IMG/VR virus record: IMGVR_UViG_3300020045_003390
Coordinates: 1 to 64,000 of that record
Length of the DNA stretch: 64,000 nt
Direction: 5' to 3' (one strand)
Source: a virus
Lineage: Duplodnaviria > Caudoviricetes
Every line of letters begins with the position of its first letter. Within the stretch, counting starts at the first letter, position 1. Made by a program: the position numbers and the translations under genes. The notes beneath the pieces are model-generated. The model was given only the letters and a program-made list of their open reading frames with translations. It was not told where the DNA came from and did no database searches. This document shows positions 8,769-18,583 of the stretch, in pieces.

Positions 8769-8947
8769 AACAAGGGTTAACCCCTAATCATCCACGCTAC
8801 CTGTGGAACGTTATGGCTATGGCAGCACCGCCAAGTGCTTCAGGCGTCATGATAAGGTTAATCTAGTGCGCTTGCGTTATCAACGTAGGTAAGGGCCATT
8901 AGAGCCGCCAGCACTCCTGTATTATAGTACGCAGGACATATTCATTC

Positions 8948-8965
8948 AGCCCGAATTCTCGGGCT
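8948..8965 (+). terminator. hairpin / weak terminator
   Basis: AGCCCGA-attc-TCGGGCT, poor U tract. Confidence 0.4.
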
Positions 8966-9016
8966 ATTAGTATTGTTGGAACTCGCGCAACGAGTAAAAG
9001 CAAAGCAACTGCCGGT

Positions 9017-9094
9017 CTTTTAAAGTTAAGTTACTCTGATTAGGGTATATAGCTTTGCACCCTGTTGCGAATCTTAGTAACTTAACTTTAGGGG
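9017..9094 (+). promoter_or_regulatory. long hairpin sequestering the RBS of the HNH gene
   Basis: perfect 15-bp inverted repeat 9021-9035/9076-9090, extended by CTTT pairing with SD GGGG (9091-9094). Confidence 0.65.
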
Positions 9095-9098
9095 ATTT

Positions 9099-9764
9099 AT
9101 GCAAAATTTAGACATTGGTACACGTTTTGGAAGACTTGTTGTCACTGGTTTACCATATAGACATGACACAGATGGTGGTTATTTCTATATGAAGTATCCA
9201 TGCAAGTGTGACTGTGGTGGGATAAGGGATGTGCGCAAATCGCAGCTTAAATCTGGTGTGGTGTTTCATTGTGGGTGTGTTCGTTTTACAAAAGAGGGTG
9301 TAGAACACGAAACACATGAATTTAGTGATACCCCGATTTGGCGTTCTTGGCTTAACATGAAGCAACGTTGCACAAATATAAATTCACCCAGGTATCATGA
9401 TTACGGTGGACGTGGAATTACCATTGATCCGAAGTGGAATACTTTTGTAGGCTTCTATGATGACATGGGAGACACCTATGAAGAAGGTTTGAGTATAGAC
9501 CGTATTGATGTGAATGGAAACTATTGTAAAGAGAATTGCCGTTGGGCAGACGACCACATTCAAGGTTATAACAGACGTATTTCTAATCTAAATACTTCTG
9601 GAAAGACAGGGGTCTCGTGGCACAAAGCGTCAAAAAAGTGGTATGTAAGATTTTACCTCCCAGACAATCAAAAAGAAATTGCTGAGCTGTATGTCTATCT
9701 TTGGGAAGCTATTTACAGACGAATGCAACTTGAGCAATTATATTATGGAAAAGTTAAGGACTGA
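9099..9764 (+). CDS. HNH/AP2-type homing endonuclease
   Basis: CKCDCG...HCGC, MKQRC, YGGRGI, SIDRIDVNGNYCKENCRWA, NTSGKTGV. Confidence 0.9.
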   Translation: MQNLDIGTRFGRLVVTGLPYRHDTDGGYFYMKYPCKCDCGGIRDVRKSQLKSGVVFHCGCVRFTKEGVEHETHEFSDTPIWRSWLNMKQRCTNINSPRYHDYGGRGITIDPKWNTFVGFYDDMGDTYEEGLSIDRIDVNGNYCKENCRWADDHIQGYNRRISNLNTSGKTGVSWHKASKKWYVRFYLPDNQKEIAELYVYLWEAIYRRMQLEQLYYGKVKD

Positions 9765-9766
9765 AT

Positions 9767-10159
9767 ATGCCATTTGTAAGTACAAAAGATAACGGCGGGA
9801 AGAGGGACAGCAATATTAATAAGGCTGGTCGGCCTCTAAAGAAAGATACGCAGACCTTGACCCGGCGAGAGGCCAAAGACAAGGAAATGCTGACACTGGC
9901 TCGCAAGCTGAAGCCCGGCGCACAAATTGCTTTGAAGGAAGCTCTTAAAATTTTAAATAATGAAAAAGCTAGTGAAGCTGCCAAACTCAAAGCAGCAGAG
10001 ATTTATTTGAAGTATTTTCACTTGACAGTGGACAAGTTATATCAGCCTTCAGGGGCTGATGAACTCCCTGAGAGCGAAACCAATGTGGAAGACCTACAGC
10101 CACAGCATAAGCCAGCATTTTCTTTGCACATGCTGCCTCCAAAGGCTGAAGATGAGTAA
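9767..10159 (+). CDS. probable terminase small subunit
   Basis: N-terminal NKAGRP motif, helical, immediately upstream of and overlapping TerL. Confidence 0.6.
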   Translation: MPFVSTKDNGGKRDSNINKAGRPLKKDTQTLTRREAKDKEMLTLARKLKPGAQIALKEALKILNNEKASEAAKLKAAEIYLKYFHLTVDKLYQPSGADELPESETNVEDLQPQHKPAFSLHMLPPKAEDE

Positions 10160-11878
10160 TCTTGTCTTTTCTCCAGCGTCAGAACCCCAGAGCCAGTTCT
10201 TGTTATCTGATGCCTTTTTCACTATCTACGGCGGCGCGGCCTTCGCAGGCAAGTCCTACTGCTTGCTAGGTAGTATGCTACCAATTATTCATGATCCCGG
10301 TACTCGTGCGGTGATCATCCGTAAGACCACCAAAATGTTGACTGGTTCTGGGGGTTTGTTTGATGCAGCAATTGATTTGTACTCAAAGATTGATCCTAAA
10401 ATCAGAATTAAAAGTAGAGACTTGATTATCATTTTTTCATCTGGTGCTGAATTGCAGTTTACTTATTTAGATAAGCCAGCAGATAGAATGAATATTCAAG
10501 GCAGAGAGTATAGCCGAATCGCATTTGATTGTAATTGTCCTTTCAAGCAGTAATGTTTGATCGAAACCTCCTTAAACGGGGAATATCTCTTAACGAGACA
10601 ACCTACCGTGCTAAATTGCGAAAGCATAAAAGCCTAACGACTAGCCGAAAGGCGTAACAGCAAGTGCTGTGAAATGGGAGGAACCCTTCAATATAGGGTT
10701 TTGATATAGTCTGAACTTTATGGTGACATAGAGCAGCCGAAAGGCGGGTAAAGAGTAACGAACTTTACTGAACAAATTTGGAATGCCAACAGCTTGACGG
10801 CGATAATGTATTTTATGCATTGTCTCGTCTACGGTCTACTCGGGTAAATTACCAACTGCAAGCACACGCAACTTGCAACCCTGATCCCGACAGCTTCTTG
10901 ATGAAGTTTGTTGAACATAGTCTAGATGAGTATTTAGTTCCTATCAGAAAAGAACAGTATGAAAAAAGATACTTTGTTCGAGAGGGACAAGAGATTAAGT
11001 TCTTTGACTCTCTTACAGATGCTAGAGCAATATATGGTAGTAGTGGGACATCCCCCATCAAAGACTACCTCTTTGTGCCCGGTTCGATTCTGGACAATCC
11101 TGTAGGTTTGGCTCAGAACGAGGGATATATCGCAACGCTTAAATCTCTCCCGCCAGTAGAGTGCAGAAGACTACTTCATGGTGCGTGGGTACGTGAACAA
11201 AAATCAGGGTACTTTAAACGAGAGTGGGTTAATTTTGAACCTTATCCAAACCTTCAAGCAAAGAAACGTACTAGGTGCTGGGACTTAGCTTTCTCAGAAC
11301 CGTCTGAAGCAAGACCACGTGTTGACGCTACAGCAGGCGTTTTGATGAGCAAAGATCAGTATAGCACATATACAATTGAAGATTGTGTAATCATGCGTGA
11401 GCGTGTCGGCCCTGTTGAAAAGGCTATTTTTGAAACAGCAGAACGTGACGGTCGAGGTGTCATCATTGGTCTTCCAAAAGACCCAGGCGCTACAGCGGGT
11501 GCATACTGTCAGAATCTGGCTCGTAGACTAAGTGAAAAAGGCTACATCGTCAAACTGATAAAGCCAGATAAGGGTAAGTTACATCGTTTCCTGCCATTTG
11601 CATCGGTGGCAGAGGCTGGGTTTGTACGAATCGTTAATAGCTCATGGACTGAAGCCTACGTGAACGAGCTGGAACAGACAGAATTCAATAATAAAACACA
11701 TGATGATAGAGCAGACGCCACTTCGGATTGTTTTTGGGTTCTGAATCAAGGGATAACACTTCCTGTTATGACTATGCCCAACATCCAAGTCTCCAATCAA
11801 CCCTTGCAATCATTCCACAACTCTTACGGCCAAAACCGTGGCAACTTCACTCTGCCTACGTTCAATATTACATCATAA
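10152..11878 (+). CDS. terL: terminase large subunit (exon 1 10152-10529, exon 2 10781-11878)
   Basis: Walker A YGGAAFAGKS; joining the exons restores Walker B RIAFD|ECQQ; nuclease motifs WDLA and HDDRADA. Confidence 0.92.
10530..10780 (+). ncRNA. group I intron, subgroup IA2-like, no internal ORF (251 nt)
   Basis: 5' exon ends in U, intron ends in G; P3 CCTCC/GGAGG, P4 ACGGGGAA, P7 GACTA/TAGTC with R-like CTAACGACTAG and S-like GATATAGTCTG; P7.1/P7.2 and GNRA-capped hairpins. Confidence 0.9.
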
Positions 11879-11887
11879 AGGAGCCTT

Positions 11888-13360
11888 ATGGCTACAAGAA
11901 AAAAAGCAATTGAAAAGGCTGTAAGTCCTTTGGATCAACCTGAGCGGTTCAGAATGGGCGAAATCGGATCAATTGGCAGACCTACTTTTGCAGGCGTAAC
12001 CCAAGATGAACTCAAGCGTGAACTGAACTGGCCCCAGAGTATTAATACGTTTAAGTCCATGACTGAACATTCAGCAGTGAATGCTCCCTTGACTCTCTTT
12101 GAGAACATCATCTCGAAAGCAACTTGGAATTACAAACCTCCAGAAGAACCAACAGAGCAAGAAAAAGAACAAGCCAAGATTATCAACCAGATGATGCAAG
12201 ACATGGAACAACCATGGAGTGAATTCGTCCGTGATACCCTTAGTGCTAATATCTTTGGCTTCTCTGTTCACGAGAAAGTATTCCGTAAACGCCTAAAAGC
12301 TAACGGTAGTCTTTATGATGACGGTGTAATTGGCTGGAAGAAACTTCCTATCCGTGTTCAGGAAAGTATCTCTAAATTCTTGTTCAGTGACGATGGTAAT
12401 GAAATCATCGGTGTTCAGCAAAACCTTTCTGCAATCAACGATATTTATAATCGTTTCAGTAAGCGCAGCAACCTGATCAACCTCCCACGCAGTAAGTTCA
12501 TGCTGTTCCGTACAGGTAAACACAGGGGTGATCCTTTTGGCAAGTCCCCTCTGCGTGACGCTTATCTTGCTTGGAGATTTCTTACTGCATTGGAAGAACT
12601 TGAAGCAACTGGTGTAGCCAAGGACTTGAACGGCTTGCCCGTCCTGTACCTCCCAGCACAATATCTTGCTGCTGATGCACCTCCAGAAGTACAAGCAATT
12701 CGTTTGTATTATGAGAACGTCATGCGGAACTTGCAGATGAATGAACAGTCTGCCGTGATTTTGCCACAAGTCATCGACAGCGAAAGTCGGATGCCGATGT
12801 TCAAATTGGACTTGCTTTCTGTTGATGGTAAGAAAAACTTTGATATTAGTAAGATCAAAGAGTATTACAAGAACCTAATCTTTACTTCACTCTTTGCCGA
12901 TGTGCTCCAAATGGGACAGTCAACTACAGGTTCTTTTGCTCTAGGCGCTATCAAGAATAGTCTTTCTGGTGCATATGCTGAAAGGTTGATTTCTAATATT
13001 GCAGAGGTTCTCCAAAACGATCTAATAAAAATGACGTATGAACTCAACGGATGGGAAACCTCCAGAATGGGTAAGTTCGACTTTGACGGTATTGAGCCTG
13101 CTGATTTGGAAACATTCTCTAAAGCTGTGCAACGTATGGGTGCTACTGGGTATATTCCTAAGAGTCTTGATGTTGTTAATGCTGTGCTGGAAAGTTTGGG
13201 GATTGATACGTTGCCTGAAGGCACGGATATTGAAAGTCTCCTACCGGACTCTACTTCACGTAGTGGAGATGGAATGTCTTCTGGTTCAGGTGGTTTGAAC
13301 GGTACTGCAGACTCTGCTGCAAGTTCAGACACCTCCATCTCAAATGTAGAAAACGCGTAA
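11888..13360 (+). CDS. portal protein
   Basis: follows TerL; 490 aa; FGFSVHEKVF, GDPFGKSPL and GSFALG motifs. Confidence 0.88.
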   Translation: MATRKKAIEKAVSPLDQPERFRMGEIGSIGRPTFAGVTQDELKRELNWPQSINTFKSMTEHSAVNAPLTLFENIISKATWNYKPPEEPTEQEKEQAKIINQMMQDMEQPWSEFVRDTLSANIFGFSVHEKVFRKRLKANGSLYDDGVIGWKKLPIRVQESISKFLFSDDGNEIIGVQQNLSAINDIYNRFSKRSNLINLPRSKFMLFRTGKHRGDPFGKSPLRDAYLAWRFLTALEELEATGVAKDLNGLPVLYLPAQYLAADAPPEVQAIRLYYENVMRNLQMNEQSAVILPQVIDSESRMPMFKLDLLSVDGKKNFDISKIKEYYKNLIFTSLFADVLQMGQSTTGSFALGAIKNSLSGAYAERLISNIAEVLQNDLIKMTYELNGWETSRMGKFDFDGIEPADLETFSKAVQRMGATGYIPKSLDVVNAVLESLGIDTLPEGTDIESLLPDSTSRSGDGMSSGSGGLNGTADSAASSDTSISNVENA

Positions 13361-13387
13361 AGCACAAACAAAAACCAAGGAATAAAA

Positions 13388-13813
13388 ATGCCAGATAATA
13401 TTTTAGAACAATACGGACTTCCAGTTAATACTGAAGGTGAAGTTGTAGCAACACTGGGTACAGGTGGTAGGGGTGTAGCGGGGAGTCTTCCTCCGTCCCT
13501 CATCCCTGTTAATGCAGCAGGAGAGATGGTTATCAACCTTAACACTACAGGTGGTAGTACTGGACCTTCTGCATTCACGTCACGTACTTTGACATCAGCC
13601 GACAATGGAGCAACACTTGTTTGTGCTTCTGCACAAGTTGCTACAGTTAATACTGGTCTTCCTACAGGTTTCGGTGTTGCATTTAAGGGTGTTATAACTT
13701 TTAACGGCACAGCAACTGTAACTGATGTTCGGACAACTGGTGCAGCAAACCCATGGTGTTCGTTGGTGCAAACTGGTACCAATACCTATGATGTTGTAGG
13801 CTCTAAGGCTTAA
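13388..13813 (+). CDS. putative virion protein, fibre-like domain
   Basis: Gly/Thr-rich, RTLTSADNGATLVC. Confidence 0.45.
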   Translation: MPDNILEQYGLPVNTEGEVVATLGTGGRGVAGSLPPSLIPVNAAGEMVINLNTTGGSTGPSAFTSRTLTSADNGATLVCASAQVATVNTGLPTGFGVAFKGVITFNGTATVTDVRTTGAANPWCSLVQTGTNTYDVVGSKA

Positions 13814-13818
13814 CTACT

Positions 13819-15132
13819 ATGGGTATTAATAAGACACTATTGGCGCAGATTATTGCTAGTATGGGTAGTGTTGCATCTGCTGTGCTTCGCACGGTAGCAA
13901 ACAACGCCCTACCGCAATCTGATGATTCAAGTGGGACGAACACTGCGCAAGCCGCTAGGTGGAGATACTACATTGGTTCAGGTGCAGTAAAGCGCATCAA
14001 AATAAGCCACCACAACTGGGCGTTGACAAGTGCGGCCTCGAACGCGGCAGATACGCTGTATGGGTCAACGCTGACGATCGAATCTTGCTACGTCGTAGCG
14101 AACGGTGTTGCCGTGGCAACAACCTATGGCGGATCAGCATCAAAGGTCTTGGCCGATGGCGACGCTAATATTCAGAGTGACTGGATTAACGCATCAGACT
14201 TTGGTTTGGTGAGGTTTCCAAGGGATAGCTTCATTGATGTGCGTCTTATTGTTAGTCGGCCTACTGCTATTGCTATTCCAACATCACAACAGGTCGTGGT
14301 AAGCAATGATTCTACTAATAATCAAGTAGGCTGGTACAACCCAGCTAACACTACTGTAACAAATATCGGAGGTACAGGGACATTTACCGTAACAGGTACT
14401 GCACTCTCCGCACGAGCGTCTGGTTATCGCCCACTTATTCTAGGTGAATATGAAACTGGTGATCCAGCAACTTGGTTAATCTTTGGTGACTCAATCTCTG
14501 TAGGCCAAGGGGATACCCAAACTTCTGCAGGCCCTTATGGGGTAGCAGCAATGGGGAGAGCTTTACATGATTTAGCTGGCCTTACAAATTGCACTTCTTA
14601 CTTGTCCATGGCAAAAGGCGGCTCAGGGTACTACGACTTCGACACGGTAAACACGACTCGTGCTGCGCTCTACAAGGGTTACTGTAACAGAGCATGGGAC
14701 AATATGGGTACCAATGATTTTGGTGTAGCAGGGACATCTCGAACACCGGAAACAGTCATTGCTAGTGCACGTGTTGCTTGGGCTGCTATGCGTGCAGCAG
14801 GGATCACAAAGATTGTTCGCGGTGGTTTGCTTACTCGTGTTAATAATACAACGAGGACAGCAGTTGATGGCTCGGATCAAACTCTCGGGGGAACTGGCTG
14901 GGGCGCTGGTGGCAATGTCGAACTCTGGCACGCAATGATGGCCGCTGAGGTTGCAGCGGGGCGTATTGATGTTTGGGCACCTTTCTCAAGCTGGAAGAAT
15001 CCGTCAGACCCCTATAAGTGGGTTCAACCATCAGGTACAAATTGGGCGTCTGGAGACGGAACGCACCCTTCACCCGCTATGTATGCACTGCTAGCAGAGG
15101 AAGTAAGGACGGTTGTAGCTAGCGTAGGGTAA
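13819..15132 (+). CDS. SGNH/GDSL hydrolase domain protein
   Basis: FGDSI (block I), GG, MGTND (block III), DGTHP (block V). Confidence 0.85.
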   Translation: MGINKTLLAQIIASMGSVASAVLRTVANNALPQSDDSSGTNTAQAARWRYYIGSGAVKRIKISHHNWALTSAASNAADTLYGSTLTIESCYVVANGVAVATTYGGSASKVLADGDANIQSDWINASDFGLVRFPRDSFIDVRLIVSRPTAIAIPTSQQVVVSNDSTNNQVGWYNPANTTVTNIGGTGTFTVTGTALSARASGYRPLILGEYETGDPATWLIFGDSISVGQGDTQTSAGPYGVAAMGRALHDLAGLTNCTSYLSMAKGGSGYYDFDTVNTTRAALYKGYCNRAWDNMGTNDFGVAGTSRTPETVIASARVAWAAMRAAGITKIVRGGLLTRVNNTTRTAVDGSDQTLGGTGWGAGGNVELWHAMMAAEVAAGRIDVWAPFSSWKNPSDPYKWVQPSGTNWASGDGTHPSPAMYALLAEEVRTVVASVG

Positions 15133-15177
15133 ATTAATACCTTATAAACAGATAAATCAGTATCTACATAAGTAAAA

Positions 15178-15206
15178 TTGACTTGTAATTATTACAAAAG
15201 TATGAT
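15178..15206 (+). promoter_or_regulatory. sigma70-type promoter
   Basis: TTGACT-17 nt-TATGAT upstream of the protease/scaffold/capsid genes. Confidence 0.65.
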
Positions 15207-15253
15207 ATAATTGATTTATCTGTTATCTAGAATGCTAAAATAAGAAGGAAAAG

Positions 15254-15667
15254 ATGACGAAAGAAATTAGATTAGTTTCTGTAGCTAAATCTTTAGACAT
15301 TGAGAAACGAAGAGCTACTTTTGTAACTCTTGAACCTCAAGACGAAGATGGAATGACTACAGACCTTCAGGGAGATTGGTACTCTGAAGAAGAAGTAGCA
15401 GAAGCATGTTACTCATTCAATAAATTCTGCCGTAAGGCAAATCTCTTACACTTAATTGATACCAATGGTTTTCAGTTCATTGAGTCTTATGTTCTACCTA
15501 CGAAAGCAACCATCGGTGAAACCCAAGTAAAAAAGGGTAGCTGGGTGCAGACAATCGAAGTTGAAGATGAAGAACGTCACGATTGGATTTGGGAAGGCAT
15601 TAAGGATGGTACATTTAACGGATTATCCATTCAGTGCGATGCATATGAAGAATTAATGGAGGACTGA
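15254..15667 (+). CDS. prohead protease (XkdF-like)
   Basis: DLQGDWYSEEEV..A..F, NL.H, ESYVLP, KGSW, F.GLSI. Confidence 0.8.
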   Translation: MTKEIRLVSVAKSLDIEKRRATFVTLEPQDEDGMTTDLQGDWYSEEEVAEACYSFNKFCRKANLLHLIDTNGFQFIESYVLPTKATIGETQVKKGSWVQTIEVEDEERHDWIWEGIKDGTFNGLSIQCDAYEELMED

Positions 15668-16608
15668 TGGAAAATAAACGAAAAGCAACGCGAAAGCTGA
15701 AAGGCTTTGATTTCTCAAAGAACGGTGCAGCCGTTGCACTAGTAGGCCCATCAGTTGGTGGTCCAGCAAATGGGATTCCTACACTGATTGCTAAGGCGAA
15801 TAACTTCTCCCCTGAGTTTATTAAGAAAGCTCAAGAAGTTCAGATCACTATGGAACTCCCAGATTTCTTGGAAAAGTTCTTTTACATTTGGGGTGAAGAC
15901 GCGAAGTTTCTGGCGGGGCTTATGGGTTACGTAGAGCCCCCTGAAGATGAAGTTCAAGAAGCTAAAGATGAATACATGAACTGGGTTGAAGATCGTTTCA
16001 CATCCTTTAGTATTATCAAATCCCTGCATGAAGCAAAGAATCTTCCAGAAGCCCTTTCGCAACTGACAGAACAAGATTATTTGGACGTTCTCACCGATCA
16101 GGTAGAAATTGAGAAAGCCTTAAAAAGTTTCGATGATAAAAAGTCGGAAGCCTCAACCAAAGTTGAGAAACAAGTTGAGGCCCCCGCCTCTAAGCAAGTA
16201 AAGAAAAACAAGGAAAAAGTAATGACCCAAGCCGTTGATATGGTTGAAAAGTCTGAACTTGTTGCATTGCAAAAATCGCTAGAAGATCAGAAAGTCTCTC
16301 TGGAGAAAGCGCTCGCACAAGTCAAACAATTTGAAGAAGAAAAGAAACAAGCAATTGTTAAGTCCAAGACTGATGCTGTCAAGGCTGTGGTCAAAGATGA
16401 AAAGCAAGCTGCTGTGATTGTGAAGGCAGCACTGGCTTTGGAATCGCAAGAAGATTTTGATGCACTGGTTGAAGTGTTCAAGAGCCTGAATGAACTGGTT
16501 GAGAAATCGGATGCTTTCAAGGAAATCGGTGTATCGGCTGAAGCTGGTGAAACACCAAAAAAGAACGGTGTTCTTGAAATCATCAAGTCGCAACAGTCTA
16601 AGAAATAA
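15667..16608 (+). CDS. capsid scaffold/assembly protein
   Basis: position before head decoration and MCP; coiled-coil C-terminal half. Confidence 0.65.
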   Translation: MENKRKATRKLKGFDFSKNGAAVALVGPSVGGPANGIPTLIAKANNFSPEFIKKAQEVQITMELPDFLEKFFYIWGEDAKFLAGLMGYVEPPEDEVQEAKDEYMNWVEDRFTSFSIIKSLHEAKNLPEALSQLTEQDYLDVLTDQVEIEKALKSFDDKKSEASTKVEKQVEAPASKQVKKNKEKVMTQAVDMVEKSELVALQKSLEDQKVSLEKALAQVKQFEEEKKQAIVKSKTDAVKAVVKDEKQAAVIVKAALALESQEDFDALVEVFKSLNELVEKSDAFKEIGVSAEAGETPKKNGVLEIIKSQQSKK

Positions 16609-16627
16609 ATAATACTAGGAGAAAAAT

Positions 16628-17023
16628 ATGGCTACAATCGCTGTTGAAAAATATCGCTACTCTAATCTTGTCAAAGAAGAACTGTGGCACGAAAAGGGCT
16701 TCTGCACTAAACAAGTAGTTGTTAACGATGCTGCTGCTACATTGGCTTTGGGTACTGTTCTTGGGGTAGTTACTGCTACTGGTAAGTACAAAGTTGCTAA
16801 GGAAACTGCTGTTGACGGTTCTAAAGTCGGGGGTGCTATTGTCGTGGAAGCTATCACGATTCCTGCAACTACTGACACCAAAGTTCTGGTGATGTATCGC
16901 GGTCCTGCTGAAGTCTCCAAGGGTGCTTTGGTAATTGACGCTACCTACAATGACGCTACTAAGCTCGGTGTGCTGTACGCAGACCTTGAAGCTAAGTGGA
17001 TTCAAGTGTCGGATTCGATTTAA
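16628..17023 (+). CDS. head decoration protein
   Basis: lambda D-like size and position; LGTVLG..TATGKY motif. Confidence 0.8.
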   Translation: MATIAVEKYRYSNLVKEELWHEKGFCTKQVVVNDAAATLALGTVLGVVTATGKYKVAKETAVDGSKVGGAIVVEAITIPATTDTKVLVMYRGPAEVSKGALVIDATYNDATKLGVLYADLEAKWIQVSDSI

Positions 17024-17053
17024 TTTATAACTACAACAATAAGGAAATAAATC

Positions 17054-18067
17054 ATGGCAATTCGTGATTATGCAGAACCGTTTAAGGTCATTGACCAAAC
17101 AGAAGCTATTATCTCTATCCCTAATCAATGGGGTCTGATCAATGAACTTGGTCTGTTTCAACAAGAGGGTGTTACACAGCACACTGTTTCTGTTGAAAGC
17201 CAAAATGGTACTTTGGCTCTGATTGGTGATACCAAACGTGGCACCCGCAATCAAGTCAATAAAGATGACCTCCGTACTATCCGTACTTTCGCTATTCCTA
17301 ACTTCTCTGTGGATGATGCAGTGTTCCCTGAAGATGTGCAAGGTCAACGTGCTTACGGTAGTGACAATCCTGATACTACCGATGCTGTTATGGCTCGTAA
17401 GCTAGGCCGTCTGCGTCAGAACCACGCTGCTACTCTGGAGTATGCTCGTGCTCAAGCAATCTGTACTGGTGGTGTGTATGCCCCCAATGGTACTGTTGTT
17501 GCACAGAATGCATACACTGAGTTCGGTGTTGCCCGTAAAGAAGTTGACTTCGTATTTGGTACTGCTACCACGGATATGATTGCTAAGGGTGAAGAAGGAC
17601 TGGCTCATATCCAAGACAATATCCAAACTGGTGATGTTGTTAATCGTATGGTTGCACTTTGCTCTCCGGGCTTCTTTGGTAAGCTGATTGCTCATGCTAC
17701 CATCAAAGACGCTTACAGATTCTACACAAGTTCTCAGGAACCTCTGCGTAATCGCCTTGGCTCTGGTCTGTATCGCAGGTTTGAGTTTGGTGGCGTTGAA
17801 TACATTGAATATCGTGGCAGCTACGCTGGTAGCGCACTGATTACCGCTGGCGAAGCATTCCTTATGCCTGTCGGTGTGATGGATATGTTCAAGACGTTCA
17901 ATAGCCCAGCTAACAAGTTTGGCTCTGTGAACGCAACTGGTGAACCGCTGTATGCTTTCACTTACTATGATCCGAGAGATGAGAAAATTGCTATTCAAAC
18001 GGAACAAAATATGATGAATCTCGTGACACGTCCGCAAGGCGTGGTCCGTTTGTTCTCTACAACGTAA
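17054..18067 (+). CDS. major capsid protein (lambda E-like family)
   Basis: 337 aa, LGLFQ..GV, TLEY.RAQAI, SPGFFGKLI.H, FEFGGVEYIEY. Confidence 0.9.
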   Translation: MAIRDYAEPFKVIDQTEAIISIPNQWGLINELGLFQQEGVTQHTVSVESQNGTLALIGDTKRGTRNQVNKDDLRTIRTFAIPNFSVDDAVFPEDVQGQRAYGSDNPDTTDAVMARKLGRLRQNHAATLEYARAQAICTGGVYAPNGTVVAQNAYTEFGVARKEVDFVFGTATTDMIAKGEEGLAHIQDNIQTGDVVNRMVALCSPGFFGKLIAHATIKDAYRFYTSSQEPLRNRLGSGLYRRFEFGGVEYIEYRGSYAGSALITAGEAFLMPVGVMDMFKTFNSPANKFGSVNATGEPLYAFTYYDPRDEKIAIQTEQNMMNLVTRPQGVVRLFSTT

Positions 18068-18090
18068 GTAACTGGGTTCTAATGAACCCT

Positions 18091-18134
18091 TTCTTACTGC
18101 AGAATCTTGTAACAACAGGGTTCTGTGTTAAGAA
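18091..18134 (+). terminator. long hairpin after MCP (attenuator or stability element)
   Basis: TTCTTA/TAAGAA and CAGAATCTTG/CAGGGTTCTG arms; no U tract. Confidence 0.4.
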
Positions 18135-18160
18135 AATATAACCAAACAAAGGAGCCTACG

Positions 18161-18583
18161 ATGGCCTTAACAGACATAGCTAAGCTTCGAATTGAGATTG
18201 GTGACACAGACGTAAGTTTCCCAATCCTAGATGATACGTCCTATGACTATTTTCTCAGTAAGCACAGTAACAACATCCCCCGTGCAGCCTTAGACGCAGC
18301 AAGAGCTATCTTGTTTCAGTTGTCTACAATGAACTCTGAAACAGTTTCTATCTTTAGTGTAAAGAATACTTCTGCTGAGGCATATCGTCAAGCACTGTTA
18401 CTCTATATCAAAGATCAGAATTTGAATCCGCTGTATCAGAACTTGAAGGGCTACTTTGGCGGTGTCTCCATTACTGACATGGGGGCCAACGTAAACAACA
18501 CAGACAACAACATTGTACAGAATCCCGGTAAGACTGATGAGTTGTACCAAACAGGTCCGTTTACTCTTGGGAGTAGATTCTGA
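18161..18583 (+). CDS. head-tail connector
   Basis: LRIEIGDTD...ILDD..Y motif, after MCP. Confidence 0.7.
   Translation: MALTDIAKLRIEIGDTDVSFPILDDTSYDYFLSKHSNNIPRAALDAARAILFQLSTMNSETVSIFSVKNTSAEAYRQALLLYIKDQNLNPLYQNLKGYFGGVSITDMGANVNNTDNNIVQNPGKTDELYQTGPFTLGSRF

Noticed and set aside
8769-8810. Theta/HDV-like ribozyme after tRNA-Thr
   Set aside because: No G-initiated P1 at the tRNA 3' end, and the nested double-pseudoknot order could not be built
10059-10553. ORF-track calls 10059-10553 and 10778-11878 as two genes
   Set aside because: They are the exons of one intron-split terL; the real start is ATG 10152 and the TTG start at 10778 is the intron 3' end
12865-13782. Long antisense ORFs (also 17402-18115, 51424-51921, 25581-26186 and similar)
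   Set aside because: Shadows of well-supported genes on the opposite strand, with no SD and no motifs
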